Positions 49,736 to 59,943 of a stretch of 64,000 nt of DNA are shown here, piece after piece. Below the pieces are notes generated by a model. The model saw only the letters and a program-made list of their open reading frames with translations. It did no database searches and was not told where the DNA came from. Made by a program: the position numbers and the translations under genes. The DNA comes from Candidatus Hydrogenedentota bacterium (GTDB lineage Bacteria; Hydrogenedentota; Hydrogenedentia; Hydrogenedentales; SLHB01): contig BTWA01000005.1 in NCBI GenBank assembly GCA_045863295.1, positions 128,001-192,000 of the forward strand, in the 5' to 3' direction. The first letter of the stretch is position 1. Each line of letters begins with the position of its first letter.

Positions 49736-51871
49736 ATGACGCGACCGCAATCGACATCTCAACCGACGCGCGACACAAAGCGCGTCGAAGTATTCTTCCA
49801 GTGCATTTTGTGTGGAACAGCCTTTGTGTACGTGGAATCTCTTCGTGCCCACCGGTCCGCCTTCTGGCATGGCCTGCCCCTGAATGAAATGGGTGGCATG
49901 ATTTTGGGGGCAGGAGCTTACGCGGCTGTCGTGGCTTGTCTCTATTTCACGCTGATGCCTGTCCGTTGGTGCTTGTCTAGCAATAGTCGAACGAGTACTG
50001 CCGCAGTTCCATTAAGTCTGAGCCTCTCCGCCGCAACTTGTTGGCTGACGGTGACCATACTTGCGAACGGTGCGATGCGCCTGTCGGACCTGTGCGCGTC
50101 AGCCATGATTGCGGCGTCGCCTGTTTTGGTTTTGTGGGTTGTTCGTTTAACAGGCACCACTCGCTTGGCCGCAATCGGATCCGCGATCGTTATTCTTGTT
50201 GCTGGAATAGTCGCACAGACCGTGGTTGCCCATGTCTATGTCCACCGCCTCGATGTCAGACCGTTGTACGTAACCGCGGGACCGGCAATCTGGATGGTTC
50301 TTGGCGCCCTCATGTTCTTCTTGTTGTTGACATGGCAAAACCGCCTGGCCGTCTCCATTCCACGTCGGATGACTGCAACGGGGAAGGTTGTGTGGACGGT
50401 AGCCGCCATAGTGTATGTGAGTGTTCCAGTTGCAGCCACTCGCTTTGCCGCATTTGCCGTCAAGGCACCCCAAGCCGACGCGCCGCCCAATCTCGTTATC
50501 GTCACCTGCGATGCCTTACGTGCCGATTGGATGAGTGCTTATGGCGGTCCCGTGCCCACACCGAATGCCGACACATTGTCGAGTCGTGGCGTGCTCTTTG
50601 ATCGCGCATATTCGCTGGCTCCGTGGACGATACCGTCCATGCACGGCATGTTTTCGTCGACTTATCCGTTCGGATTGACCCCTGGCGCAAGCTTTGACCA
50701 GTGGAAAGAAGAGGTAGGCCGATACGCCTTTCCAGACGCACCTACGCTCGCGGAAGTAATTCGCAGCAATGGGTACGCCACCGCCGCATTCACCGGCAAT
50801 CCCCTCTTGGGCGATCCAGAGGGAATCATGCGCGGCTTTCAAATTACGGCCAGCTACCCGGCACATGCGCCAGTGCGTGTGAGCCGATGGTCGCAGTTAC
50901 CCTACATGGAATCGCTGCTATTTCGATTCTGGCCGGGTGCAGTGGACTTGCGGCCGGTAGACTCCACGGCTGTGCTCACGACATTGGCCAGGACATTTAT
51001 CCAGCAGAATGCCTCCCGGCCCTTTTTACTTTGGGTTCACATGCTTGACCCCCACGACCCGTACGACCCGCCCCAAGCGCTCCGAGGCCCCGAGCGCGGG
51101 CCGTGGCCATTATTCAGCCCGCTTGCCCCCTACTACGGCACGCCACAACTTGACGACCACGGCAATATTGAATTGAGCCACGCGGAACAGAATTACGTTC
51201 GGGCGCTCTACGCGGCCGATATTCGATATGCGGATGCCGGTCTGGGCCGCATTTTGGATGCCCTCTCGGAGTGGGGCCTGGATTCAAACACCTATGTCGT
51301 GCTGTCGGCGGATCACGGCGAAGAAATGTGGGACCATGGCCGGTTCAACCATGGACAAAGCCTCTTTGATGAGTTGGTTCGAGTACCGCTCATCGTATCC
51401 GGTCCCGGGTTGGAGAAAGGCAGAGTCCAAACGCCGGTATCCGCGATAGACGTGATGCCGACCCTCGCGGATCTTTTGGGGATTGCCGCGCCCCCTGAAT
51501 GGCAGGGAATGAGCCTTGAATCATCGCTTCTCAACCCAATAGAAGGCGCAGAAGGGCGGCCGGTGATGGCTTTGGGCACAAACCGGTACGCCTGGCCCAA
51601 TGTTTACCACATGATTGTGGACAGTCGGTGGAAGCTGATTCATGAACTTACCGGGGACACCATTTCATTGTACGATTTGGCTTCAGATCCCGGCGAACAG
51701 GCCGATTTGAGCGGCCGCCAACCTGAGACTGCGGCAAGGCTCTTGGAAAGCCTGGAAGAGTGGCGACTCCAATTCCCGCTGGAGTTCACGGCCGCCGATG
51801 GCGCGACCGGCGAGACTTCCGAGACCAGTGATTTGCTTGAGAGGATAAGGTCAATGGGCTATGTAAGGTAA
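49736..51871 (+). CDS. Membrane-anchored alkaline-phosphatase-superfamily (sulfatase-like) protein
   Basis: N-terminal TM helices; CDALRAD, APWTIPS, DPHDPY, SADHGEE, LYDL..DPGE, RSMGYV. Confidence 0.85.
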   Translation: MTRPQSTSQPTRDTKRVEVFFQCILCGTAFVYVESLRAHRSAFWHGLPLNEMGGMILGAGAYAAVVACLYFTLMPVRWCLSSNSRTSTAAVPLSLSLSAATCWLTVTILANGAMRLSDLCASAMIAASPVLVLWVVRLTGTTRLAAIGSAIVILVAGIVAQTVVAHVYVHRLDVRPLYVTAGPAIWMVLGALMFFLLLTWQNRLAVSIPRRMTATGKVVWTVAAIVYVSVPVAATRFAAFAVKAPQADAPPNLVIVTCDALRADWMSAYGGPVPTPNADTLSSRGVLFDRAYSLAPWTIPSMHGMFSSTYPFGLTPGASFDQWKEEVGRYAFPDAPTLAEVIRSNGYATAAFTGNPLLGDPEGIMRGFQITASYPAHAPVRVSRWSQLPYMESLLFRFWPGAVDLRPVDSTAVLTTLARTFIQQNASRPFLLWVHMLDPHDPYDPPQALRGPERGPWPLFSPLAPYYGTPQLDDHGNIELSHAEQNYVRALYAADIRYADAGLGRILDALSEWGLDSNTYVVLSADHGEEMWDHGRFNHGQSLFDELVRVPLIVSGPGLEKGRVQTPVSAIDVMPTLADLLGIAAPPEWQGMSLESSLLNPIEGAEGRPVMALGTNRYAWPNVYHMIVDSRWKLIHELTGDTISLYDLASDPGEQADLSGRQPETAARLLESLEEWRLQFPLEFTAADGATGETSETSDLLERIRSMGYVR

Positions 51872-52085
51872 TGCCTCCCAGAATGTTGCATGGGGTACTC
51901 GAGTGCCCGCGTGCACGATGGTACATCAGATAAGCCTATTGTTGACCTGAACCGTTCCTCAAACGGTTTGGAGTTGTAAAAGCACCCGCAAGGATTTACG
52001 ACTCCTTGATTTCCGGCAAAGTCTGGTAAAATGTCAATTGGGACCGAACCGGGATCCTGGTGGATGCCTCACAGGAGAGGATTTT

Positions 52086-52712
52086 ATGGCTTTCAGACGC
52101 TACGGGTTTACTCTGCTTGAGCTGTTGATAACCGTTGCACTCCTGGCGGTTGTGTCCCTGTTGGGGTTTGTTGCCGTCCAAAGTTCGGTGGCCTCAGCCG
52201 GCACGGCTGCCGCGAAGAGCGATGTTCAACAAGCGGTACGAGACGTGATGGCGATAATGGTCACGGAACTGCAAACCGCGGCCAAAGCAGACAATGATGC
52301 TTTGAATCCGCCCTTGGATCGATTGGCCGTAACGGCGAACCCTGCTGCCAATTGTCCTATTGAAGTCTCTTTTCAAGTACCCTTGGATGGTACTGCGCGA
52401 AACTGGTCGAACCGCATCCGATTCCGCCATTACGACGAAGATGCCAACAACAATGAGTGGCTGGATTCCGGCGAAGATGTGAACGGCGACGGTGTTCTGA
52501 CGCGCTGTATTTGGCGGATGGAAGACACCAACGGTGATGGTACCCCGGACGAGACGCGGGAAGTGGGTGGTGCGAATTGCATCAGCAATGTGCAATTTGT
52601 GCTCAACGGAAATGTCCTTACGATTACCCTTACGGCGACGCAATTGCTTCCGGGATTTCGGCAAAACCCGGTTACGGCAACGACTTCGACCGATGTGTAT
52701 CTGTTGAATTGA
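52086..52712 (+). CDS. Prepilin-type (PilW/GspJ-like) protein
   Basis: RRYG^FTLLELL class III signal; DxNxDG repeats. Confidence 0.85.
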   Translation: MAFRRYGFTLLELLITVALLAVVSLLGFVAVQSSVASAGTAAAKSDVQQAVRDVMAIMVTELQTAAKADNDALNPPLDRLAVTANPAANCPIEVSFQVPLDGTARNWSNRIRFRHYDEDANNNEWLDSGEDVNGDGVLTRCIWRMEDTNGDGTPDETREVGGANCISNVQFVLNGNVLTITLTATQLLPGFRQNPVTATTSTDVYLLN

Positions 52713-52963
52713 GGGCCGGTATGTTCCAAAACAGGGCTGAATCGCCTGAAATCGCACGGCATTTTGGCAATGTTCGCGGACGTATGGTAGATTTCACTCA
52801 GGATCAGTGCTCCAATGCGAATGCGAGCGGTTAATGCCGTTCCCGGCGCAGTTGGGGCATTTTCTTTGTTCTGGCGTTGAAGCAAGGCGAGCGGCAAGGA
52901 ATTGAGACAGCGTATGTTTGACCACGGGTCTGTGACCGTGGGGCATACAGGAGATCCCAAGTC

Positions 52964-53398
52964 ATGGTTAAGGCGATTCTTCAGCGATTGAACCGTCAGC
53001 GCGGCAAAAAGGCAGGTATGACCTTGGTCGAACTGACACTGGCCCTCGCAATATTCGCCATTGTACTTGGCGCGGCGGCGCAGTCGCTGGTCTCGTTTTA
53101 CGTGGCCTTGGACATGCAAAACCAGCGTAACACTGCACTTCGCAATTGCCTGAGCATTATCAACGCCATGCGGAATGTACGTGACGCGAATCTCGACAAC
53201 TTTCCGGGAATAATTACCAATACCTGGCCGGACGGTGCCGAGGTGCCGAACGCGGGGTCGATGCGGAATGAGACGGTGACCGTCGACTATACCAATCCGG
53301 CGGCCAATCCGCTGGAGGTGACCGTGTTCAGCCAGTTTACGGATATGCAGGGCCGGCCCATGCAGGTTCGAATCTCGACCATGCTTACAAATGGTTGA
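52964..53398 (+). CDS. Prepilin-type (PilV/GspI-like) protein
   Basis: KKAG^MTLVEL class III signal. Confidence 0.85.
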   Translation: MVKAILQRLNRQRGKKAGMTLVELTLALAIFAIVLGAAAQSLVSFYVALDMQNQRNTALRNCLSIINAMRNVRDANLDNFPGIITNTWPDGAEVPNAGSMRNETVTVDYTNPAANPLEVTVFSQFTDMQGRPMQVRISTMLTNG

Positions 53399-53456
53399 TC
53401 GCCCGGTCAGACGTTTTCGTCTGTACCGTTGCGACATTCCATTGGAGGGTAACCGT

Positions 53457-55697
53457 ATGAATACAAGACAGACCACCCGATCGCGCGAAGAGGGAATGGC
53501 GTTGATACTGGTTGTTTTGGCCGTTATCGCCATTCTTGGCGCAGTCACGCTTGTCGTGGGGCGCGTTCAAAGCACCAAGCGCAACACCGATGCGACCGTC
53601 AATCGGGCTATGGCCGAGGAGGCCTGTAAAGCGGGCATCGACATGGCTATCGAACGCATTTGGAACCAATATGTACTGACCACCGGCAACACGACAGGGA
53701 ATCTGGCCTCATATCGTCTATTTGTTTCCAATCTTATTCAGAACAACGAAGACACGAACAACAATGGTGTGCAGGACGCGGGCGAATTCGACAGCGACGG
53801 AGACGGCGGTTTCGACATGAACCCGCCGTGGGTGGTTGTCACCGACGATCAGCCCGTGGCACTGGCTTCGGGCGGCGGAATCCGTTCGGTAACGGTATCG
53901 CGAACGGATGATTTGACTGGCGCGGTATTGACCATACGGTCCACAGGGCGGTACGGCGACACCGAACGCACGGCAGTGCAGACCGTGCGGGTGGGCGGCG
54001 AGCCGTTTGAGGGATTCGAGTACGGCATTTTGGCAAACAACATAAACTGCATTCTGTGTCATGCCAAGTTTTACTCATTGGATTTGGCCCGAAACACGAA
54101 TCCCTCGAACTACAATTCGTTTGATCGCATTAAAGTTGCCGCACTTGAGTCGTTGATGATCCGGACGAACGAGAACATTCATACGCGTGTTGCCGGCACG
54201 ATTTATACGCGGGGCACGGTATACAACCAGACCGGCGCGCAGCTGAGCGCGAACTCGATCGCCTCATCCACATTGCGAGCATTTCAGTTTAACAATACGA
54301 ATGGAAAGATTGTCCAAAACAGCAGCGGTGCCATGTCCGAAACGTCGTTTGCGAATGCAACGACCAACAGCCAGGGTTTGTTGAATCCGTTCAGCAACCT
54401 GTATTTGAATTATCCTGATGATCGTCAGTATCAGACCGATGGAACACTTCCGACGCATTTCCCGGCGCCTTACCCGGACGACAACGAAAACCGATATGTC
54501 GACGACGATGAATTCGATCGTGTGGTGAATAGCGCAAACGGCCGTCTTCAATTTACCGTCGATCCAAATCAGCCGGGGTCGCTTCAAGCGGGTGTGGCCT
54601 ACGGCGTACCTCATGGTTCCGCCTATGCCGGCACGAGTCTCCCGACTAGCAGCAATGGCGCGTTGTCCAGTTTGAGCACCGACGGGAGTTACGAAGGCAA
54701 CCTGATTCTGATAGGGACCAACGACGATCCCATCGTAATTGACGGGGCGGTCGCCGTGGACGGCGATTTGGTCATCAAAGGCCCGGTCAAGGGTTGGGGC
54801 CAGATATTCGCGCGCGGCAACGTGTACGTAGTTGGTGACGTTACGTATGCCGATGCCCCGGGCGAGTTCGGCGTGGCCTCTGACGGCACACGCAATGGTC
54901 TTGCACTCACGTCTGGCGGCAGCATCATGATGGGTGACTACCTAACGATTCGTGGCAAGCAACATACGGCGGAGACGACCAAATTTCCGGGCGGCGGTTT
55001 CATCGACACCCGCACCGCGAACAGGAATGTGACGATCTCGAAGAGCGGAAGTTCCAACCAGACGCACGCGATCGGCTATTTCGATTCGGGCGTTACCGAT
55101 GCCGGCTGGACAGTAAACAATCAGCCGCAGCTCAGCTTCACCACATCGGAGTTGATGTTGTTCAATCAGCAGGAATACCTGCGCAAGCAAGCGGATTCGA
55201 CGTATAAGCCGCGCTATTACCGGTTGCGCCCTGACCAGCCCATTTACCGGTATTCCGCGAACGACGAGCACACGGTGAAGTATACAGACGCGGGCGTTCA
55301 AATCATCACCAATCCGGGAGACGCGGCGATTCACGATTTGAACCCCAACAATTTCTGGTTGACGGAGAGCGCCTTGCGCAATTTCTGGTGGACAGACGAG
55401 ATGACCCGGCCCAGTAGCGGCCGTCCAATGAAGTTCGACGGACTGTTGTACTCAAACAACAGCATTTTTGCGATAACGCGCAGCAGTGACCGGCATAAGT
55501 CAAACACGCGCGGTCGCATGGAGGTGCGAGGCAGCATCGTGACATCCGACCTTGGCGTGTTGGTACCGGGCCCCGACTTTTCCGTGCCCCGATCGGCGCT
55601 TGACCTGTACTACGACCGCCGCGTCGCGGACTTCCTTCGCGTGGAAGACACGACGGTGGTGCAGTACAACCGTCTGGCCTTCCGGTTCGAGCAATAG
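53457..55697 (+). CDS. Large PilX/GspK-like minor pilin
   Basis: REEG^MALILVV (no Glu+5), A...AGI, IRSTG, C-terminal YDRR; contains CILCH. Confidence 0.75.
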   Translation: MNTRQTTRSREEGMALILVVLAVIAILGAVTLVVGRVQSTKRNTDATVNRAMAEEACKAGIDMAIERIWNQYVLTTGNTTGNLASYRLFVSNLIQNNEDTNNNGVQDAGEFDSDGDGGFDMNPPWVVVTDDQPVALASGGGIRSVTVSRTDDLTGAVLTIRSTGRYGDTERTAVQTVRVGGEPFEGFEYGILANNINCILCHAKFYSLDLARNTNPSNYNSFDRIKVAALESLMIRTNENIHTRVAGTIYTRGTVYNQTGAQLSANSIASSTLRAFQFNNTNGKIVQNSSGAMSETSFANATTNSQGLLNPFSNLYLNYPDDRQYQTDGTLPTHFPAPYPDDNENRYVDDDEFDRVVNSANGRLQFTVDPNQPGSLQAGVAYGVPHGSAYAGTSLPTSSNGALSSLSTDGSYEGNLILIGTNDDPIVIDGAVAVDGDLVIKGPVKGWGQIFARGNVYVVGDVTYADAPGEFGVASDGTRNGLALTSGGSIMMGDYLTIRGKQHTAETTKFPGGGFIDTRTANRNVTISKSGSSNQTHAIGYFDSGVTDAGWTVNNQPQLSFTTSELMLFNQQEYLRKQADSTYKPRYYRLRPDQPIYRYSANDEHTVKYTDAGVQIITNPGDAAIHDLNPNNFWLTESALRNFWWTDEMTRPSSGRPMKFDGLLYSNNSIFAITRSSDRHKSNTRGRMEVRGSIVTSDLGVLVPGPDFSVPRSALDLYYDRRVADFLRVEDTTVVQYNRLAFRFEQ

Positions 55698-55712
55698 TAG
55701 GAGAACTTGACC

Positions 55713-56633
55713 ATGAAGCAATTCGCTTTTTGTGCTTGTATTGCAGTGGCTGCAACGTGGTGTGCCTTGGCGGATACGGTGCATTTCAAAGACGGCCGTA
55801 CGTTAGAGGGCATAACGTCGCAGCCCAACCCGAATTGCGTGGCTATCAGCATGGGTCAAAGCAAAGTGATATTCTCGATGGAAGACGTCGATCGCATCGA
55901 GAAGAACGACAAGACAGGGGAAGGGTATGACTTGGCCAGTGTGAGTCCAATGGCCGTGCAGCATCTCAAGATGATGGAAGAGATGTACGGTGTTTCGCAG
56001 GAGCAGCGCGAAGAGTTGCTGGCACTGCTGGAGCGGCTCCGGTCCGAAGATACGAACGAGCATCAAGTAGTCATGAGCCAGCTTGCAACCATCAACGGCA
56101 GTGTCGATGTCATGCGGTTTCTTGAGGCGGCCATGGCCAGTTTTGGAAAGCGACTGGCCCCCAAAGCGCTTGAGGCCATGGCCACGTTGAATCCTGAACG
56201 TGCCAAGACAACTCTGCGTGCGCGCACCCAGGATGCCGTGCCGGAAACCCGTGCTAAAGCAGTAGAGTTGCTTGCGAAGGTGGGTGACGCGGAAAGTCTT
56301 GAGCTCGTCGCCCGCGGCATGAAGGACTACGACGAGTCGGTGCGAATCGCCTCGGCAAATGCGCTGGCCGCCATGGGCGACAAGCGGGTTACGCCGGTTC
56401 TGATCGACGGTTTGTCCAGCACGGATGCGCGCGTGGTGAATGCTTCGCGCCAGGCCCTCACCCGACTGTGGGGTTCGGCCGAGTCGCCTGTCGCATTTGA
56501 AAAGACAGAGGAGTGGCAGGCGCTCTGGAATGGGGAACAAAGCAAGGTGGCCAATCCCATACAGGTGGCCCAACTGCAGCCCTTGGCGGAACTCGATCCC
56601 AATGCGCCGGAAGGCTACGATCACAGCGAGTGA
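55713..56633 (+). CDS. Secreted HEAT-repeat protein
   Basis: Signal peptide, DTVHFKDG N-terminal domain, VR..AA.AL..GD repeats. Confidence 0.75.
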   Translation: MKQFAFCACIAVAATWCALADTVHFKDGRTLEGITSQPNPNCVAISMGQSKVIFSMEDVDRIEKNDKTGEGYDLASVSPMAVQHLKMMEEMYGVSQEQREELLALLERLRSEDTNEHQVVMSQLATINGSVDVMRFLEAAMASFGKRLAPKALEAMATLNPERAKTTLRARTQDAVPETRAKAVELLAKVGDAESLELVARGMKDYDESVRIASANALAAMGDKRVTPVLIDGLSSTDARVVNASRQALTRLWGSAESPVAFEKTEEWQALWNGEQSKVANPIQVAQLQPLAELDPNAPEGYDHSE

Positions 56634-56696
56634 GTTTTACGGTTCAATGGGTTCCAAGACGCCGCCGGGGGCCGCGATCTCGCTGAGTCCAAGTGG

Positions 56697-57500
56697 TCAG
56701 CCGTCGGGCACGCCCTCGACACCCCCTTTGGCAAGGCGATTGAGGTTCCATACCTTTGCGTATTTGGTGAAGACCGAAAATGCCGCCAGTCCGCACAATA
56801 CGGCTCCGTGATACCCGTCCAAGAATCCCCGCCGCAACACGAACATCTTGACAAAACGGGACCACGGACGAATGGTCAGGTCAAACAGGGATGGGCGTTT
56901 GCCATTGTCATACAAGTCTTGTGCGGACCAAGAGGTAAACCTCTGAAAGGTCGCAAAGTATTCTTCGAAGTTTCGCTTGTCGTCGTGATACATGACCTCG
57001 TCGATCTGACCCATTAGGCCGTCCACCTCGATCGTGGAATGAACGCGCTGGGTACGGTAGCGGCCTTTCTTTGTGCGGAAGAGACGTACGTTGTAGTCAC
57101 GGTCCCAGCCGCAATGCAAGATCAATTTTCCGAAGAAGTAGGATAATCGCTTTATGCGATAGCCGTCCCGGCTTGCCGGGTTCGTAATGATCTGGCGAAT
57201 ATGCTCCGCGAGTTCCGTTGAAACCCATTCATCCCCATCGAGCACCAGTGTCCATTCCGTTTTAATCTGAGGAATGGCCCAGTTGCATTGATCGGCTTTG
57301 TTTGCGTAAGGATGTTCGACCACATGATTGGAGTATTGCCGTGCGATTTCTGCTGACCCGTCAGACGTACGCGGATCGACAACCAGGAATAAGTCATCCG
57401 CCCATTTCACGCTTTCCAGGCAGCGTGGCAACCTATCGCCCAAGTTGTGAATGAGGATCAGAACCGTGAGGGTTCCTGTGTTTTTGCCAGAAGATTCCAA
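56697..57500 (-). CDS. GT2 glycosyltransferase (WaaE/KdtX-like)
   Basis: CLESV, SDGS, LVLDGDE, VRLF, VH, GFLDG..G, KYAK; start uncertain. Confidence 0.82.
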   Translation of the reverse strand: MESSGKNTGTLTVLILIHNLGDRLPRCLESVKWADDLFLVVDPRTSDGSAEIARQYSNHVVEHPYANKADQCNWAIPQIKTEWTLVLDGDEWVSTELAEHIRQIITNPASRDGYRIKRLSYFFGKLILHCGWDRDYNVRLFRTKKGRYRTQRVHSTIEVDGLMGQIDEVMYHDDKRNFEEYFATFQRFTSWSAQDLYDNGKRPSLFDLTIRPWSRFVKMFVLRRGFLDGYHGAVLCGLAAFSVFTKYAKVWNLNRLAKGGVEGVPDG

Positions 57501-57668
57501 TGTGATTCTCGCTTTGGTTCCTTGCCGTTTGCGGCGTATTGTAACCAAGCGGGATCGGGCAGGCGAATTGACCGGCTATCACGGCTGCGCGGCCTTCTCC
57601 TTTTCGGGCCCGCGTATCACCTTGGAATTGGCAATGGCGGTTGTCGGGCGCGTTCCGCCAAATTTGGG

Positions 57669-57857
57669 TTATGCGGCGTGGGTTTTACTACCGCATCCGT
57701 GGCTGTGATGATAGGCGTCAATTTCGAGTAGCGCTTTGTCCAGGCATTCGGGGCAATAGCTGTGCGACACCAGGGTAGTCGAGGGTACCGGCACGTGGAA
57801 TCGTTTCCAGTTGCCATTGAGGCGGATGCGTTTACAGTCACAACATTGAACGATCAT
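57669..57857 (-). CDS. Small Cys/His-rich putative zinc-finger protein
   Basis: CCDCKR...W...SHSYCPEC; GAAAGGA RBS. Confidence 0.7.
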   Translation of the reverse strand: MIVQCCDCKRIRLNGNWKRFHVPVPSTTLVSHSYCPECLDKALLEIDAYHHSHGCGSKTHAA

Positions 57858-57894
57858 ACAACACCGTCCTTTCCGTCAGCTCCGTTTCACTATA

Positions 57895-57910
57895 CGCATA
57901 TCCCATGCCG
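57895..57910 (-). promoter_or_regulatory. Possible sigma54 (-24/-12) promoter for the small Zn-finger gene
   Basis: Minus strand reads CGGCATGGGATATGCG, giving GG-N10-GC spacing. Confidence 0.35.
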
Positions 57911-58180
57911 ATGGGTTCTGTGAGGGTTGGATTGCAATAACTGATTTTGTTACAATGGTTTATGATGTTGGCTTAGAATTTGCGCCAGGCGGTAAATAGT
58001 TGACACTGCCCAAAATCAGGCAAAATGATCCGGTTTCGGGCAGACCAATACTGCCGGTCAGTGCCCCAGTTCCCCTGTCCTCGTCGGCGGGCGGGATGAA
58101 ACCTTTTGCATGGTCCTCGCGTTTCACTTAAAGTACGCGTTTCGTCGGGCAGAAACCTCGCGTGGTAAGTAGCAGCAGAT

Positions 58181-59113
58181 ATGATTGAAGCCAAAGGGCT
58201 AACGAAATATTACGGGTCAATTACCGCCATTTCCGGGATAACGTTCCAAGTGGACAAGGGCGAGGTTATTGGCTTTCTTGGACCGAACGGCGCCGGCAAG
58301 TCCACGACAATGCGCATCCTGACAGGATTTACCGTGCCGTCCAGCGGAACGGCGCGCATTGCCGGCTACCTTGTTGAAGACCAACCGCTCGAAGCAAAGC
58401 GATGCATTGGTTACCTGCCGGAAAGTGTGCCTCTCTATCCCGAGATGTTGGTCGAGTCGTTTCTGCGGTTTGTCGCGGAGGCGAAAGGTTTGCCGCGCGG
58501 CCAGCGAAAGTCCGAAGTGGGCCGCGTGATTGAGCGAACCGGTTTGGCGGGTATGGAGAAGCGTGTTGTCGGAAACCTTTCTAAAGGGTATCGGCAACGT
58601 GTCGGATTGGCGCAGGCGCTGCTCGGTAATCCCCCCGTGTTGATTCTGGATGAGCCGACAGTTGGCCTTGATCCAAAACAAATTATTGAGATCCGGCAAT
58701 TGATCAAGGAATTAGCCGCGAACCACACCGTGCTGTTGAGTACGCACATCTTGAGCGAAGTAACGATGGTGTGTCAGCGAGTGGTTATCATCAACCGCGG
58801 CCGGGTGGTCGCGCAGGATGCCATGGCCAACCTTGCCGGGGAAGACGGGAAGGTTGTGTATCGAATAGAGGCAGCGGGACCCCGAGAACGTGTCCTGGCG
58901 GTGCTGCAAAGTGTTTCTGGCCTATGTGAAGTGCGCCATGAAGGAGGTTTTGGTTACAAGGCCATGGCCACTTTAGACAGCGATCCCAGCGAGGCGCTGG
59001 CCAAGGCCTTGGTTGCCAATGACTGTCGTCTTACAGGTTTAAGCAAGGACAACCGCACATTGGAAGACATATTCATTCGCGCCATTTCCAGCGAGCAGGA
59101 GGCGGCCACATGA
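58181..59113 (+). CDS. ABC-2 ATPase (GldA-like)
   Basis: GPNGAGKST, LSKGYRQRVGLAQA, LDEPT.GLDP.Q, STHIL. Confidence 0.9.
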   Translation: MIEAKGLTKYYGSITAISGITFQVDKGEVIGFLGPNGAGKSTTMRILTGFTVPSSGTARIAGYLVEDQPLEAKRCIGYLPESVPLYPEMLVESFLRFVAEAKGLPRGQRKSEVGRVIERTGLAGMEKRVVGNLSKGYRQRVGLAQALLGNPPVLILDEPTVGLDPKQIIEIRQLIKELAANHTVLLSTHILSEVTMVCQRVVIINRGRVVAQDAMANLAGEDGKVVYRIEAAGPRERVLAVLQSVSGLCEVRHEGGFGYKAMATLDSDPSEALAKALVANDCRLTGLSKDNRTLEDIFIRAISSEQEAAT

Positions 59114-59943
59114 GCGGCGCGTGGGCGTTGTGCAAGCGCGAATTGAAAGGGTTCTTTCTGACGCCAGTAGGATATGTTGTCGTAGGCACGTTTGCCGCGA
59201 TAGCCGGATTGTATTTCGGCGTCATTTTCATCTGGTACTCCCGTGTGACCCAGAATCCTTCGGCGTTCGACTACAATGGAATCCCCGACTTCGAAGAGTT
59301 CATGTTGAGCCCATTCCTGGTCTTTTGCGGGCAGTTGATCATGTTTCTCGGGCCGTTGGTAACCATGCGACTGATCGCGGAGGAGCGTTCGCGCGGCACG
59401 ATGGAGCTTCTTCTCACGTATCCATTGCGCGATCGCGACATCATTCTGGGCAAGTATTTTGGGTCGCTTGGAATTGTCGCGGTGCTTATGTCGGTCATTT
59501 GCATTTTTCTGGTTCTCATGGGGTATTACAATCCGCGCGTGGAACCGTCTGTGCTGGTGTTTGGATTGTTCACCGTGTTTTTGATGAGTGCTGCTTTCAT
59601 GAGCCTGGGTCTGTTCGTCTCGGCGCTCGTTAAGAGTCAGATTACGGCCGCCACCACTACCTTTGGCCTGTGGTTTATCCTTTTCATTCTGGGCACGGCG
59701 GGTGGGGAAATGGCGCCCACAATGACCATTCCCGAGAGCTGGGCGGGCAGCTATCGAGACGCCGCACAGCTTGTGTATTCCGTCTTTCGTCAATTGGTCT
59801 TGGAACTGCCGCTGGACAATCACGCGGAAGACATGGCGCAAGGGGTGTTTGCTCCTATCGACATCGCGTACTACATCTTGTTCGCGGCGTTTTTTCTGTT
59901 CCTCACATTTCGCGCGCTTGAGTCGCGCAAGTGGAGGGCATGA
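59110..59943 (+). CDS. ABC-2 permease (GldF-like)
   Basis: RELKGFF.TP, TMRLIAEER..GT.ELLLT.P, LGKY. Confidence 0.88.
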   Translation: MSGAWALCKRELKGFFLTPVGYVVVGTFAAIAGLYFGVIFIWYSRVTQNPSAFDYNGIPDFEEFMLSPFLVFCGQLIMFLGPLVTMRLIAEERSRGTMELLLTYPLRDRDIILGKYFGSLGIVAVLMSVICIFLVLMGYYNPRVEPSVLVFGLFTVFLMSAAFMSLGLFVSALVKSQITAATTTFGLWFILFILGTAGGEMAPTMTIPESWAGSYRDAAQLVYSVFRQLVLELPLDNHAEDMAQGVFAPIDIAYYILFAAFFLFLTFRALESRKWRA

